Assembly: GCA_040766655.1 (NCBI GenBank) | Contig: JAXGQB010000013.1 | Coordinates: 31-64,030 of the forward strand | Direction: 5' to 3' | Source of the DNA: Anaerolineae bacterium | Lineage (GTDB): Bacteria; Chloroflexota; Anaerolineae; CG2-30-64-16 | Length of the DNA: 64,000 nucleotides | Shown here: piece after piece, positions 1 to 8,842 of the stretch | Numbering within the stretch: position 1 is the stretch's first letter | Layout: each line of letters begins with the position of its first letter | The notes under the pieces: model-generated | Told to the model about the DNA's origin: nothing | What the model saw: the letters and a program-made list of their open reading frames with translations, nothing else | Database searches by the model: none | Translations under genes and position numbers: made by a program

Positions 1-485
1 GCGAACGTGACGGTCGGCTTGTCGCCCGTGAAGACGCGCGCCCGGCTCTTCCCGAAGGACATCGCCTGGTTATTCGAGCCCTGCGCCTGGCGGAGGATCA
101 TGATGAACAGGCCGCCGATCAGCAACAGGGGCAGAATCGTGCCCAGGACGGTGAACCAGCCCGACATGTTGCTGGGCGGGGCGACCTTCAGCTCGACCTT
201 CGAGAGTTCTTCCGGCGTCACGCCCAGGCGCGTCAACGAGGTCGTCAGGTTGACGCCCTCTTCCTTGTTCGACACAAACACCGACTTGTCGTCCAGTTGG
301 ACGGTGAGCTTATCCCCGTCAACCACAATCCGGCCGACCTCGCCGCTCCGGATCAGGGCCGCGACATCGGTCAGCCCTTTCTCCGGCGGCCGGTCCGCCG
401 ATTGTGAGGCACTGTAGAATAGAACGGCCACTGCGACGACGATCAGGACGTAGACCATGCCGTTCTTGCGCCAATTGGCATTCAC
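1..485 (-). CDS. ftsH: ATP-dependent zinc metalloprotease FtsH, N-terminal part (gene runs off the window start)
   Basis: Reverse translation from GTG at 485 (alternative ATG at 458) reads VNANWRKNGMVYVLIVVAVAVLFY ... ILPLLLIGGLFIMILRQAQGSNNQAMSFGKSRARVFTGDKPTVTF. That is two TM segments around a periplasmic loop, then the SFGKSRA lead-in typical of FtsH. Absent from the ORF track because it is edge-truncated. Confidence 0.8.
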   Translation of the reverse strand, partial: MNANWRKNGMVYVLIVVAVAVLFYSASQSADRPPEKGLTDVAALIRSGEVGRIVVDGDKLTVQLDDKSVFVSNKEEGVNLTTSLTRLGVTPEELSKVELKVAPPSNMSGWFTVLGTILPLLLIGGLFIMILRQAQGSNNQAMSFGKSRARVFTGDKPTVTF

Positions 486-630
486 GATAGACAACCTCCA
501 AGCGGGCAGACTCGATGGTTCAAACGCGACGAGTTCGACCCGTTACCTCAAGGGCGATTATAACAGGTTTCTCCCCCCGGGACTAGGCGTCTGGATTACA
601 GTAATCGCACTCCATTATGATTTAGGTCAT

Positions 631-659
631 TTGACACCACCCGTGCCGTGTGATACTCT
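631..659 (+). promoter_or_regulatory. Sigma-70-like promoter TTGACA-N17-TACTCT upstream of the riboswitch
   Basis: ttgaca at 631-636 and tactct at 654-659 with a 17-nt spacer. It lies just upstream of the aptamer. Confidence 0.4.
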
Positions 660-667
660 CCATTCCG

Positions 668-890
668 TAAGAATCGAATAGATGTCGTGGAGACCCGGGG
701 TAAGCCGGTGCAATGCCGGAGCTGTCCCGCAACTGTAAGCCCTAAATGCCAGGGCGAGCCAGAAAACCCGCCTCCACTTCGTTCTCGACGACCTTCGTGG
801 TAAAGGGAGTGGGAACCGGCGAAGTGCGTGCAGGTAGATGGCACCGCCGGCTCAGATCGCTCCCCTTGCCGATTTCGGGCAGGGGGTTTT
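668..890 (+). promoter_or_regulatory. Cobalamin (B12) riboswitch with intrinsic-terminator expression platform
   Basis: The aptamer core ggtaagccggtgcaatgccggagctgtcccgcaactgtaagc (699-740) matches the conserved GGTG..AAT.CCGG.GCTGTCCCGCAACTGTAA core. A B12-box-like gagccagaaaacccgcc sits at 756-772. A terminator hairpin ccccttgcc/ggcaggggg (862-886) is followed by tttt (887-890). Confidence 0.75.
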
Positions 891-940
891 CATTTAAACG
901 AGCCCCCGATTGCCCTCGAAACATTCGGGGTTACTGCACC

Positions 941-1951
941 GTGATTACCAACCTACACAAGGCCGCACTGGCGGCCATCCTGGCGGTCTTTCTCCTGTCC
1001 GGCGGTTTCGTTCCTGCGCAGGCGGGCGGAGATGTAGAAAGCGCCGCATGCCGTGCCATCCAGTGGCTCGATCGGGAGCAGAAGGCGGACGGCGGCTTCG
1101 GGTTCACGACCCAGACCAGCCCGGCCGTCACGGCCGATGTGGTCTATGCCCTGGCGCTGTTCGGCGAGGACCTCACCGGCCCGCGTTGGACCACCCCGGC
1201 GGGCAAGAACCCGCTCGACGCACTTGCCGCAGTCGCCGTGCCCAACTTTGTTGAGGCAGACCCCGGGCAGGCCGGCAAGGTGGCCCGCGCGGTCGCGTTA
1301 GCCGGTGGGAACCCGCGCAACTTCGGCGGTGTGGACCTGGTCCAGCTGATCCAGGATTTCTACGATCCTGCCACCGGCCTCTATCATCCCAACTTCCTCT
1401 TCAGGCACGCGTTGGCCGTCGAGGGACTCCTGCGCAGTGGCGTGACCCCGCCGCAGGGCGCCTACGATGCGCTGCTGGACGCGCAGCTCGACGACGGCGG
1501 CTGGTTCTGGGCACTCGGCGGCACGCAGAGCGACGTGGACACCACGGGCCGCGTGCTCCAGATCATCAGCGGCGTGGCCCAGGTCCAGGCGCCGGACGCG
1601 TACGCCAGGGCAGGCGACTGGTTGGCCGAGATCCAGTTGCCGGAGGGCGACTGGAATACGGGGGCGACTCCGGGGCCGGCAAACTCTAACTCGACTGCAC
1701 TCGCGGTCGGGGGGCTGTTGGCGGCCGGCCACGATCCGCAGGCCGCGCCGTATCTCAAAGGGGGCGTCAGCGCACTGGAGGCGCTCCTGGCCTTCCAGGA
1801 GCCTTCCGGGGCTTTCATCTATATCAATCTGCCCGGCCAGGAGGAGGTCCGCGTGATGGCAACCGCGGACGCCCTGACCGCTTTGGCCCCGCTGATCAGC
1901 GGAGGGCCCGTCTGCAAGTCGATCTACCTGCCCGTGCTCCTGGCTCACTGA
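941..1951 (+). CDS. Secreted alpha/alpha-toroid protein with prenyltransferase / squalene-cyclase-type repeats
   Basis: GTG at 941 is in frame with track ORF 746..1951, whose 5' part overlaps the riboswitch. Signal peptide AALAAILAVFLLSGGFVPAQA. Repeated motifs QKADGGFGF, QLDDGGWFWA, QLPEGDWNTG and QEPSGAFIY are typical of the terpenoid-cyclase/prenyltransferase repeat. The start is uncertain because the RBS is weak. Confidence 0.65.
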   Translation: MITNLHKAALAAILAVFLLSGGFVPAQAGGDVESAACRAIQWLDREQKADGGFGFTTQTSPAVTADVVYALALFGEDLTGPRWTTPAGKNPLDALAAVAVPNFVEADPGQAGKVARAVALAGGNPRNFGGVDLVQLIQDFYDPATGLYHPNFLFRHALAVEGLLRSGVTPPQGAYDALLDAQLDDGGWFWALGGTQSDVDTTGRVLQIISGVAQVQAPDAYARAGDWLAEIQLPEGDWNTGATPGPANSNSTALAVGGLLAAGHDPQAAPYLKGGVSALEALLAFQEPSGAFIYINLPGQEEVRVMATADALTALAPLISGGPVCKSIYLPVLLAH

Positions 1952-2003
1952 GCGGGTCAGCCGGGCAAGGTCCGACCCATATCATTTTAGGAGAGATCGT
2001 TTC

Positions 2004-2582
2004 ATGTCCCACCGCAACCTTGTCACGCTTGTTCTGCTGTTGATCCTTGTTTCCCTGTCTGCCGGCGCAGCGTTCGCGCAGACCGATGCCACCAAGCAGG
2101 TCGGCCTCGTCGTCACATTCGCGGACGGCACGTCGCATAAGGAGATCGTCACGGTGCCGGCCGGCGCCACCGCGCTCGAGGTGCTCTCGGCCGCAAAGCT
2201 GACGGTCGTCACGTCTGAGACCGCATTTGGCCCCGCGCTGTGCAAGATCAACAACACCGGCTGTCCCGCGGAAGACTGCTTCTGCGACGCGGCGGCCTTC
2301 TGGGCCTACTACCACCTGGCCGGCAATGCCTGGGCCGGCGCGATGGAGAGCGCCGGTGCCTACGTTCCTGCGAATGGATCGGTGGAGGGGTTCGCCTGGA
2401 GCGGGTTCGACAGCTCGTTCAACCCGACCGTGCAGCCGCCCGTCTACACGTTCGCACAGCTCATGGCCGAGCTGACGCCCGAGCCCGTCCCGGTGCCCGA
2501 GCCCGCGACCATCCTGTTGCTGGGCAGCGGCGTGGCCGCGCTGGCGGGGTACGCGCGTCGAAAACGCAGCGCGGCAGCGTAA
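2004..2582 (+). CDS. DUF4430-like (transcobalamin beta-domain-like) secreted protein with C-terminal PEP-CTERM sorting signal
   Basis: Signal peptide VLLLILVSLSAGAAFA. A beta-grasp-like segment ends in FWAYYHLAGNAWAGAMESAGAYVPANGSVEGFAWSG, with a Cys cluster CKINNTGCPAEDCFC. The C-terminus PVPEPATILLLGSGVAALAGYARRKR has the PEP motif, a TM helix and a basic tail. Confidence 0.7.
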   Translation: MSHRNLVTLVLLLILVSLSAGAAFAQTDATKQVGLVVTFADGTSHKEIVTVPAGATALEVLSAAKLTVVTSETAFGPALCKINNTGCPAEDCFCDAAAFWAYYHLAGNAWAGAMESAGAYVPANGSVEGFAWSGFDSSFNPTVQPPVYTFAQLMAELTPEPVPVPEPATILLLGSGVAALAGYARRKRSAAA

Positions 2583-2603
2583 GCAGCTGGTGAGTTTGCT
2601 ACT

Positions 2604-4088
2604 GTGAAGAGGTTCATCCGCCCGGTTCGGTCCCTTCTCCTGGCAGCCCTCCTTGTGGGGACCGCCGGCATCGCCGCGCAGACGCGCTGGGTGACCGCGC
2701 AGGAAATCGGCGGGCAAGCTGCCCCCGCGCAGCAGATCGGTGAAGGACCGAACCGTGCGGCCCTGGTGGTGAGCTTCGGCAACGGCATCGTACAGTCACG
2801 TTGCGTTGCCTTTCCCGAAGCAAGCATCACCGGGCAGGATTTGCTTCTTCGATCCGGCCTGGGGCCCGTGACGTCGCCGGAAGGTGCCGTCTGCGCCTTA
2901 GATGGTCAGGGCTGCCCGCCGGACGATTGCTTCTGCGCTTGCCCGTTTCCCGATTGCGAGTATTGGGCCTATTACCACTGGCAGGGCGACGCGTGGTCGT
3001 ATTCCAACGTGGGCGCCTTCGGCCAGAAGATCACGGACGGCTCACTTGAGGGGTGGTCCTGGGGCCAGGGCGACTTCACCCAGGCCGAGCCGCCGCCGGT
3101 GATTGCGTACGAGGACATCTGCCCGGCCGCGGCGCCGGCCACCGCGACGCCGACCGCGACGCCCACGCAACAGGTGGTCGTCATACAGCGGCCGGTCGTC
3201 ACCTTTCAGGCGGGGGCTGCGACCCTGGCGGCCGGTCAGTGTACGGCCCTATCGTGGCAGACGCAGGGCGCGGTCACGGTCCTGCTCGACGGCTCGCCGG
3301 TCAGCCAACTGGGCAGCCAACAGGTTTGCCCGCCGGCGACACAGCGCTATACGTTGATCGCGGCCAACAGCGCGGGGCAGAGCGTGGCCTACGTCGACAT
3401 TCAGGTCAGCGCGCCTGCAACCGCGACACCAACGGTGGTGGCCACCGCGACTGCGACGAGTGCATTGGGGCAGCCCACGGCGCCGGTGTCGGCAGTGAGC
3501 CCGGCGGCCACCCCCGTGATCCAGCCGCGGCCGGGTGTCGTCCAACCCGTGCCCACAATCTTCTCTCCGCCGACCGTGATGCCCGCGGCGCCGGTCGCCG
3601 CGCCTGCGCCGGAGATGGTGGGAGGGGTTCCGTTGGCGCCGACCGCGCAGCCGGACGTCGTCATCATCGCGTCGCCCTATCCTACGCCCACGCCCTTCGT
3701 GCTGGCGCCGCTGCCGACCGAGACGCCGCGGCCGCGCCGCGAGCTGGGTGCGGATGGCCGCGCAACACCCACGCCCATTCTGCCGGCAGGCGGCCTGGCA
3801 TCGGGCGGCGGCGAGATCGCATCTGGGCCGGCATCTGCAGCGCCGCGCTCCGGAGTTCCTTCCGCAGCCGATCGCATGGCGCAGGCGCGTGCGTTCGACC
3901 CGGATCTGCTGCCTGGCTATGCCGCCTATGCCCTGGCCCTGGCGTTCCTGGCAGGGCTCGGCTGGTTCGTCATGCACCGGAAAAACGGCCATCATTCGTC
4001 AACGGTCAAGCGGCCCGCGCAGGCGGACAAGCGGCCGTCTGACAGGTTGCGCGAGCTTCACAACGAGCAGGCGGGCCAATTGTCTTGA
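2604..4088 (+). CDS. Membrane-anchored paralogue: DUF4430-like domain, Ig-like domain, Pro/Thr/Ala-rich stalk and C-terminal TM anchor
   Basis: GTG start with a signal peptide. It carries the same Cys motif (CALDGQGCPPDDCFCACPFPDCEYWAYYHWQGDAWSY) as the preceding gene. A long PTPTAT/PAAP low-complexity stalk leads to the terminal TM AYALALAFLAGLGWFVMHRK. Confidence 0.65.
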   Translation: MKRFIRPVRSLLLAALLVGTAGIAAQTRWVTAQEIGGQAAPAQQIGEGPNRAALVVSFGNGIVQSRCVAFPEASITGQDLLLRSGLGPVTSPEGAVCALDGQGCPPDDCFCACPFPDCEYWAYYHWQGDAWSYSNVGAFGQKITDGSLEGWSWGQGDFTQAEPPPVIAYEDICPAAAPATATPTATPTQQVVVIQRPVVTFQAGAATLAAGQCTALSWQTQGAVTVLLDGSPVSQLGSQQVCPPATQRYTLIAANSAGQSVAYVDIQVSAPATATPTVVATATATSALGQPTAPVSAVSPAATPVIQPRPGVVQPVPTIFSPPTVMPAAPVAAPAPEMVGGVPLAPTAQPDVVIIASPYPTPTPFVLAPLPTETPRPRRELGADGRATPTPILPAGGLASGGGEIASGPASAAPRSGVPSAADRMAQARAFDPDLLPGYAAYALALAFLAGLGWFVMHRKNGHHSSTVKRPAQADKRPSDRLRELHNEQAGQLS

Positions 4089-5161
4089 CCACGGAAGAGA
4101 CGTTTCATCCTTCTGCCTGGTTGGCCTGGCTGGCCGCGGCCGTGCTGCCGGCGCTCTCCACGCGCAATCCGCTCTACCTCAGCCTCGTCATGATCTCAGT
4201 GGCCATCACGTACGGGGCGCTCGGCCGGCGCAATCCGACGGCACGGAGCTGGAGCGCGTTCGTGCGCTTCGGCGCGTTCCTGTGGCTCCTCACGATCCCG
4301 TTCGTCACGCTCACGTCACATCATGGCACGATCGTGCTGTTTCGCCTGCCTGCCAGCTGGCCCATCATCGGCGGCCCGATCACGCTGGAGGCATTCCTGT
4401 ACGGCCTGACCGGCGGGTTCGCGCTCATCACGCTGCTGCTGATCTTCGCGACGTTCAACGTCGCGGTGGACCAGGCGCGCCTGCTGCGCCTGACGCCCGG
4501 CTTCCTCTACCAGGTGGGCGTGGTGGCCGGCATCGCCGTGGCCTTCGTGCCCACCATGGTGGCCACCTGGCAGTCGATCCGTGAGGCGCAGCAGGTCCGG
4601 GGGCACAAGGTGCGCGGCATCCGGGACATGCTGCCCCTGATCATGCCGCTGCTGGTCACTGCGCTCGAACGCGCGATGCAGTTGGCGGAGTCCATGGAGG
4701 CGCGCGGCTTCGGCGGGCAGGTGTTGGTGGCGACGCCGCGGCAGCGGCTGGCACACCAGCTGGCGCTGTTGGCCGGGCTGGGGTTGCTCGGGCTGGGGCT
4801 GGCGGTCAACGGCTTTCTGCCGGGGATGCGGCTGGCCGGCACCCTGCAGCTGGGCGGCGGGATGGCGCTCATGGCGTGGGCCTTCTGGGACGTGGGCCGC
4901 CGCTCGAAACGCACCCGGTATCATCGCTGGCCTTGGACCCGGCTCGATCGCGTCGTGATGCTGCTGGGGCTCATCGGCGCACTCGGCTGGCTGGCGATCA
5001 TGATCGCCCAGCCGCAGTGGCTGCACTACTATCCCTACGCGCCCTATTCGCCCTGGCCGGTGTTCAATCCCCTGCCAGGCGGCATCCTCCTGCTGTTGGC
5101 CCTGCCCGGCGCATTATTGCGCCAACCTTACCAAGAGAGCGAGGTTGCCACGCCAGCGTGA
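4085..5161 (+). CDS. ecfT: ECF transporter transmembrane (T) component, EcfT/CbiQ family
   Basis: Polytopic membrane protein carrying the coupling-helix signature TALERAMQLAESMEARGFG. The TTG start overlaps the upstream stop (TTGA). Confidence 0.75.
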   Translation: MTTEETFHPSAWLAWLAAAVLPALSTRNPLYLSLVMISVAITYGALGRRNPTARSWSAFVRFGAFLWLLTIPFVTLTSHHGTIVLFRLPASWPIIGGPITLEAFLYGLTGGFALITLLLIFATFNVAVDQARLLRLTPGFLYQVGVVAGIAVAFVPTMVATWQSIREAQQVRGHKVRGIRDMLPLIMPLLVTALERAMQLAESMEARGFGGQVLVATPRQRLAHQLALLAGLGLLGLGLAVNGFLPGMRLAGTLQLGGGMALMAWAFWDVGRRSKRTRYHRWPWTRLDRVVMLLGLIGALGWLAIMIAQPQWLHYYPYAPYSPWPVFNPLPGGILLLLALPGALLRQPYQESEVATPA

Positions 5162-6807
5162 TAAACCTTTCACACGTGACCTACACCTACCCGGACCAGG
5201 CGCGTCCGGCCCTGGCCGACTTCAGCGTGGCCCTGCCCGAGGGGGAGCTGATCCTGGTGGTCGGGCCGTCGGGGGCCGGGAAATCGACGTTTCTGCGCAC
5301 CCTGAACGGCCTCGCGCCGCACTTCTACGGCGGCATCTGGTCCGGCAAGATCGAAGTCGGCGGGCGCAACCCGGTCGACGTCGCGCCGCGCGGGATGGCG
5401 GACCTGGTGGGCTTCGTCTTCCAGGATCCCGAGGCACAGTTCGTGGTTGACACGGTCGAGGACGAGCTTGCGTTCGCGATGGAGAACTTCGCGCTGCCGC
5501 CCGCCACCATGCGCAAGCGCATCGAGGAGGTGCTGGACCAGATGGGCATCGCGGCGCTGCGCCAGCGGCGGATCAGCGCGCTGTCCGGGGGCGAGAAGCA
5601 GCGCGTGGCGATCGCATCGGTGTTGGCGCTGCAGCCCGAGATCCTGGTGCTCGACGAGCCGACCTCGCAGCTCGATCCCCAGGCCGCGGAAGAAGTGCTG
5701 CTGGCCCTGCGGCAATTGAACGAAGACCAGGGCCTGACGGTGATCCTGAGCGAGCACCGGCTCGAACGCGTGGCGCAGTACGCGGACAGCATCCTTTACC
5801 TGCCTGCGCTCGGCGCCGCGCCCGTGCTGGACGAACCGCGCGCGATCATGGCGCAGCTGCCCCTGGTCCCGCCCCTGGTGGAGCTGGGCCGCGTGCTGAA
5901 CTGGGAGCCGCTGCCCCTGACGATCAAGGAGGGCCGGCCGTTTGCCCGCCGCGTCATGCCCAGGCTGGCATCGGCCGTGGCGTCCGAGCCGCCGGCCGCC
6001 GTCGTTTCCGCAACCGGTCAGGCGCCTGTTCCGGCGCCGGCGGAGCCGGTCATCTCGGTGCACGACCTGCACTATTCGTATCATGGGCACCGCGCGCTGC
6101 GCGGGCCGACCTTCGAGGTGCAGCGCGGCGAGTTCGTGGCCCTGATGGGGCGCAACGGCTCCGGCAAGAGCACCCTGCTGAAGGCGCTGGTCGGCCTGCT
6201 CACGGGCGACGAGGGCCGCGTGACTATCGCCGGCCTCGACACGCGCCGCGCGTCGATGGACGAGATCATCCGCCACGTCGGTTACGTGCCGCAGCATCCA
6301 GGCTCGCTCCTCTTCAGCGAGACGCTGGACGCGGAGCTGGCATTCACGCGCAAGAGCCACGGCATGCCGCCAGATCCGGAGGGCGATGCCGCGCTGCTCG
6401 CGCAGCTTGGGCTGGCTGCGGTGGCCGGCCGTGACCCGCGGGACCTCAGCGGCGGCGAGCAGCAGCGCGCGGCGCTGGCTGCGATCCTGGTGGCTGAGCC
6501 CCAGATCATCCTGCTGGACGAGCCCACGCGCGGGCTTGACTATGTGCAGAAACGCAACCTTGCGGATCTGCTGCTGGACCTGCGGCAGCAGGGGCGCACG
6601 GTGGTGATGGCGACCCACGACGTGGAGCTGGCGGCCTCCTGTGCGGACCGCGTCATTCTGATGGGCGAGGGCCAGATCGTGGTCGATGGGCCGGCGCGCG
6701 AGGTGATGAGCGATTCCCAGGTGTTCGCGTCGCAGATCAACAAGCTCTTCCGCGATCCGCATTACCTCGTGGTGCAGGACGTGCTGGCCGCGCTGGAACG
6801 GGCGTAG
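5158..6807 (+). CDS. ecfA: ECF transporter ATPase, fused EcfA1-EcfA2 (two ABC domains)
   Basis: GTG at 5158 overlaps the ecfT stop (GTGA). There are two Walker A sites (GPSGAGKST, GRNGSGKST) and two ABC signatures (LSGGEKQR, LSGGEQQR). The track ORF 4876.. has a spurious 5' extension. Confidence 0.85.
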   Translation: MINLSHVTYTYPDQARPALADFSVALPEGELILVVGPSGAGKSTFLRTLNGLAPHFYGGIWSGKIEVGGRNPVDVAPRGMADLVGFVFQDPEAQFVVDTVEDELAFAMENFALPPATMRKRIEEVLDQMGIAALRQRRISALSGGEKQRVAIASVLALQPEILVLDEPTSQLDPQAAEEVLLALRQLNEDQGLTVILSEHRLERVAQYADSILYLPALGAAPVLDEPRAIMAQLPLVPPLVELGRVLNWEPLPLTIKEGRPFARRVMPRLASAVASEPPAAVVSATGQAPVPAPAEPVISVHDLHYSYHGHRALRGPTFEVQRGEFVALMGRNGSGKSTLLKALVGLLTGDEGRVTIAGLDTRRASMDEIIRHVGYVPQHPGSLLFSETLDAELAFTRKSHGMPPDPEGDAALLAQLGLAAVAGRDPRDLSGGEQQRAALAAILVAEPQIILLDEPTRGLDYVQKRNLADLLLDLRQQGRTVVMATHDVELAASCADRVILMGEGQIVVDGPAREVMSDSQVFASQINKLFRDPHYLVVQDVLAALERA

Positions 6808-6817
6808 GCGAGGGCGC

Positions 6818-7633
6818 ATGCGATCACAGCGCATTGTCTCCGGGGCCATCATGGTCGTCGCCAGCCTGATCGGGGTGGGCGCCTTCCTCTACCCGTTCTT
6901 CCTGCCGTCGTTGGGCGCGGAGGGCATGGCCGCGCACACGAGCGACGCGCCGCTGCTGACCGTCGTGCTGCTTGGACTGTGCCTGGTCGCGGTGTTCGTC
7001 AACCTGACGGGCCGGCAGATGACGAGCAAGCTGATCGCCGTGTTGGGCATGCTGACCGCGGTCAACGCCGTGCTGCGCGCGGTGCCCGGTCCTGCCGGCT
7101 TCAACGCGATCTTCGTGCTGCCCATCCTTGCGGGTTACGCGTACGGCGCAACCTTCGGCTTCCTGTTGGGCGCCCTGTCGCTCCTGGTCTCCGCGCTGAT
7201 CGGCGGCGGGATCGGGCCGTGGCTGCCCTATCAGATGTTCGCCACCGGGTGGATGGGCCTGCTCTCCGCCTTGCTGCCGAAGTTTCCCCAACACCGCCGG
7301 TGGGAGCCGGCCATGCTGGCCGTGTGGGGCGGGGTGTTGGGGCTGATCTTCGGCGCGATGATGAACATCTGGTTCTGGCCCTTCATGCAGGGGGGTGCGG
7401 GCGCGGTGGCTGAGGGTGGCGCCTTCACGCCGGGGATGAGCGCGTGGCAGACGCTGAGGAACTACGCGGTCTTCTACGTGGCCACCAGCCTGTGGTGGGA
7501 TGTTGCCCGGGCCGTGGGCAACGCGGCGCTCATCCTGCTCTTCGGTGGCGCGATCCTGCGGGTCCTGCGCCGGTTCAAGCGCCGGTTCGGCTTCGAGCTG
7601 GAGCCCGAAGTGCGCCTGGCTGAGACCGGTTAG
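6818..7633 (+). CDS. ECF transporter substrate-specific (S) component, probably corrinoid-specific by context
   Basis: Small, very hydrophobic multi-TM protein directly after ecfT and ecfA in the riboswitch-controlled operon. Substrate is inferred from context only. Confidence 0.6.
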   Translation: MRSQRIVSGAIMVVASLIGVGAFLYPFFLPSLGAEGMAAHTSDAPLLTVVLLGLCLVAVFVNLTGRQMTSKLIAVLGMLTAVNAVLRAVPGPAGFNAIFVLPILAGYAYGATFGFLLGALSLLVSALIGGGIGPWLPYQMFATGWMGLLSALLPKFPQHRRWEPAMLAVWGGVLGLIFGAMMNIWFWPFMQGGAGAVAEGGAFTPGMSAWQTLRNYAVFYVATSLWWDVARAVGNAALILLFGGAILRVLRRFKRRFGFELEPEVRLAETG

Positions 7634-7640
7634 GCGCGAA

Positions 7641-7663
7641 ACCTCCGAGGCAACCTCGGAGGT
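7641..7663. terminator. Bidirectional hairpin between the convergent ECF operon and selD
   Basis: acctccgagg-caa-cctcggaggt forms a perfect 10-bp stem. Confidence 0.5.
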
Positions 7664-7705
7664 TATCGGGGAGTGGCCCATCCTGCAGTCGGGCTGGTGA
7701 GTCGT

Positions 7706-8755
7706 CTAGACGATCTCGATCCCGTCGCCCTCGACGACCTCGCCGATCACCCACCACTCCTGATCCCGCTCGCTGCAGAAGTGCCCGAACGCGCCCAGGT
7801 TTGCCGCGGGCACCGCGATGAGCAGCCCGCCGGAGGTTTGCGGATCATGCAGCAGAATCTGCTGCCAGTCTGCGAGATCCCTGGCAATCGTCACGAGTTG
7901 GCCATAGAACGCCTGGTTGCTGAACGCGCCGCCGGCAAAGGTCCACCCCTCGGCGTAACCGAGGGCCCCGGGGAGCCACGGCAGGTCGTCGAACCGGATG
8001 CGGAAGCGTACCTGCGCGGCATCGCTCATCTCCAGCGCGTGGCCGAGGAACCCGAAGCCGGTGATGTCGGTGACGGCACGCACGCCGGACGCCTGGCAGG
8101 CCTGGGCCGCGACGCGGTTGAGGCGCGTCATGCTGCGGATGGCCGCATCGAGGTGCTCGGGCGCGACCGTGTCGCGCTTGACCGCGGTCGTGATGACGCC
8201 GGTGCCCAGGGGCTTGGTCAGCACCAGCGCATCTCCCGGACGCGCGCCGCCCTTCATCATGATGCGATGGGGGTGGACGATGCCGGTCACCGCCAGGCCG
8301 TATTTCGGTTCCATGTCCTGGATCGTGTGCCCGCCGGCAATCGCGGCGCCGACCGAGCGCACGACCTCGGCGCCGCCCCGCAGGATCTCGGCCAGCACGG
8401 AGGCCGGCACGTTGGGCGGGAACGCGGCGATATTGAGCGCGAACAGGACTTCCCCGCCCATGGCGTAGACGTCGCTCATCGCATTGGCGGCCGCGATCGC
8501 GCCGTACTCGTAGGGCGTATCGACGATGGGCGTGAAGAAGTCCACCGTCTGGATCAGCGCCTGTTCATCGTTGAGCCGGTAGACGGCCGCGTCGTCCGGC
8601 GTGCCGAGACCGACTAACAGATCGGGAAACTGGTCGGCAGGAAAAAGATTGTCGAAAGCGCGCAGAACCTGCGCAAGCTGCTCAGGCGGCAGCTTGGAGG
8701 CTCAGCCTGCGCAGGAGCTCAGACTGGTGAGCTTCAGGATCTCTTCACGGGTCAC
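7706..8755 (-). CDS. selD: Selenide, water dikinase (selenophosphate synthetase) SelD, a selenocysteine-containing form with in-frame UGA at 8702-8704
   Basis: Track ORF 7706..8545 is the SelD body (DVYAMGG, GGHTIQD, KPLGTG). Continuing upstream in the same frame gives [74 protein letters not shown]. Here TGA occupies the position of the catalytic Cys/Sec in the glycine-rich N-terminal loop. GTG at 8755 is preceded by the AGGAG RBS at 8762-8766. Confidence 0.85.
8674..8696 (-). promoter_or_regulatory. Bacterial SECIS-like hairpin 5 nt downstream of the selD UGA
   Basis: The mRNA reads UGA-gccuc-CAAGCUGC-cgccuga-GCAGCUUG, an 8-bp perfect stem with a 7-nt loop. Confidence 0.65.
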
Positions 8756-8796
8756 GAAATCACTCCTGCCCGGCGGTCGTGCATCGGGCGGGAGTG

Positions 8797-8825
8797 ATTA
8801 TAGGTCGCGTCGGCGAGCGGGTCAA
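8797..8825 (-). promoter_or_regulatory. Promoter TTGACC-N17-TATAAT for selD
   Basis: On the reverse strand, ttgacc (8820-8825) and tataat (8797-8802) are separated by a 17-nt spacer, about 40 nt upstream of the start codon. Confidence 0.5.
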
Positions 8826-8842
8826 ACGCCGCCAGCCTTCGT

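Noticed and set aside
5170-6852. 560-aa ORF antisense to the ECF ATPase gene. Similar long antisense ORFs occur at 40703..42661, 43431..45095, 45619..47457, 48655..50829, 50922..52886, 60980..63043 and 24610..26052.
   Set aside because: These are typical shadow ORFs of GC-rich DNA. Their translations are Arg/Ala/Gly/Pro/His-rich with no family motifs, and each overlaps a strongly supported gene on the other strand or frame.
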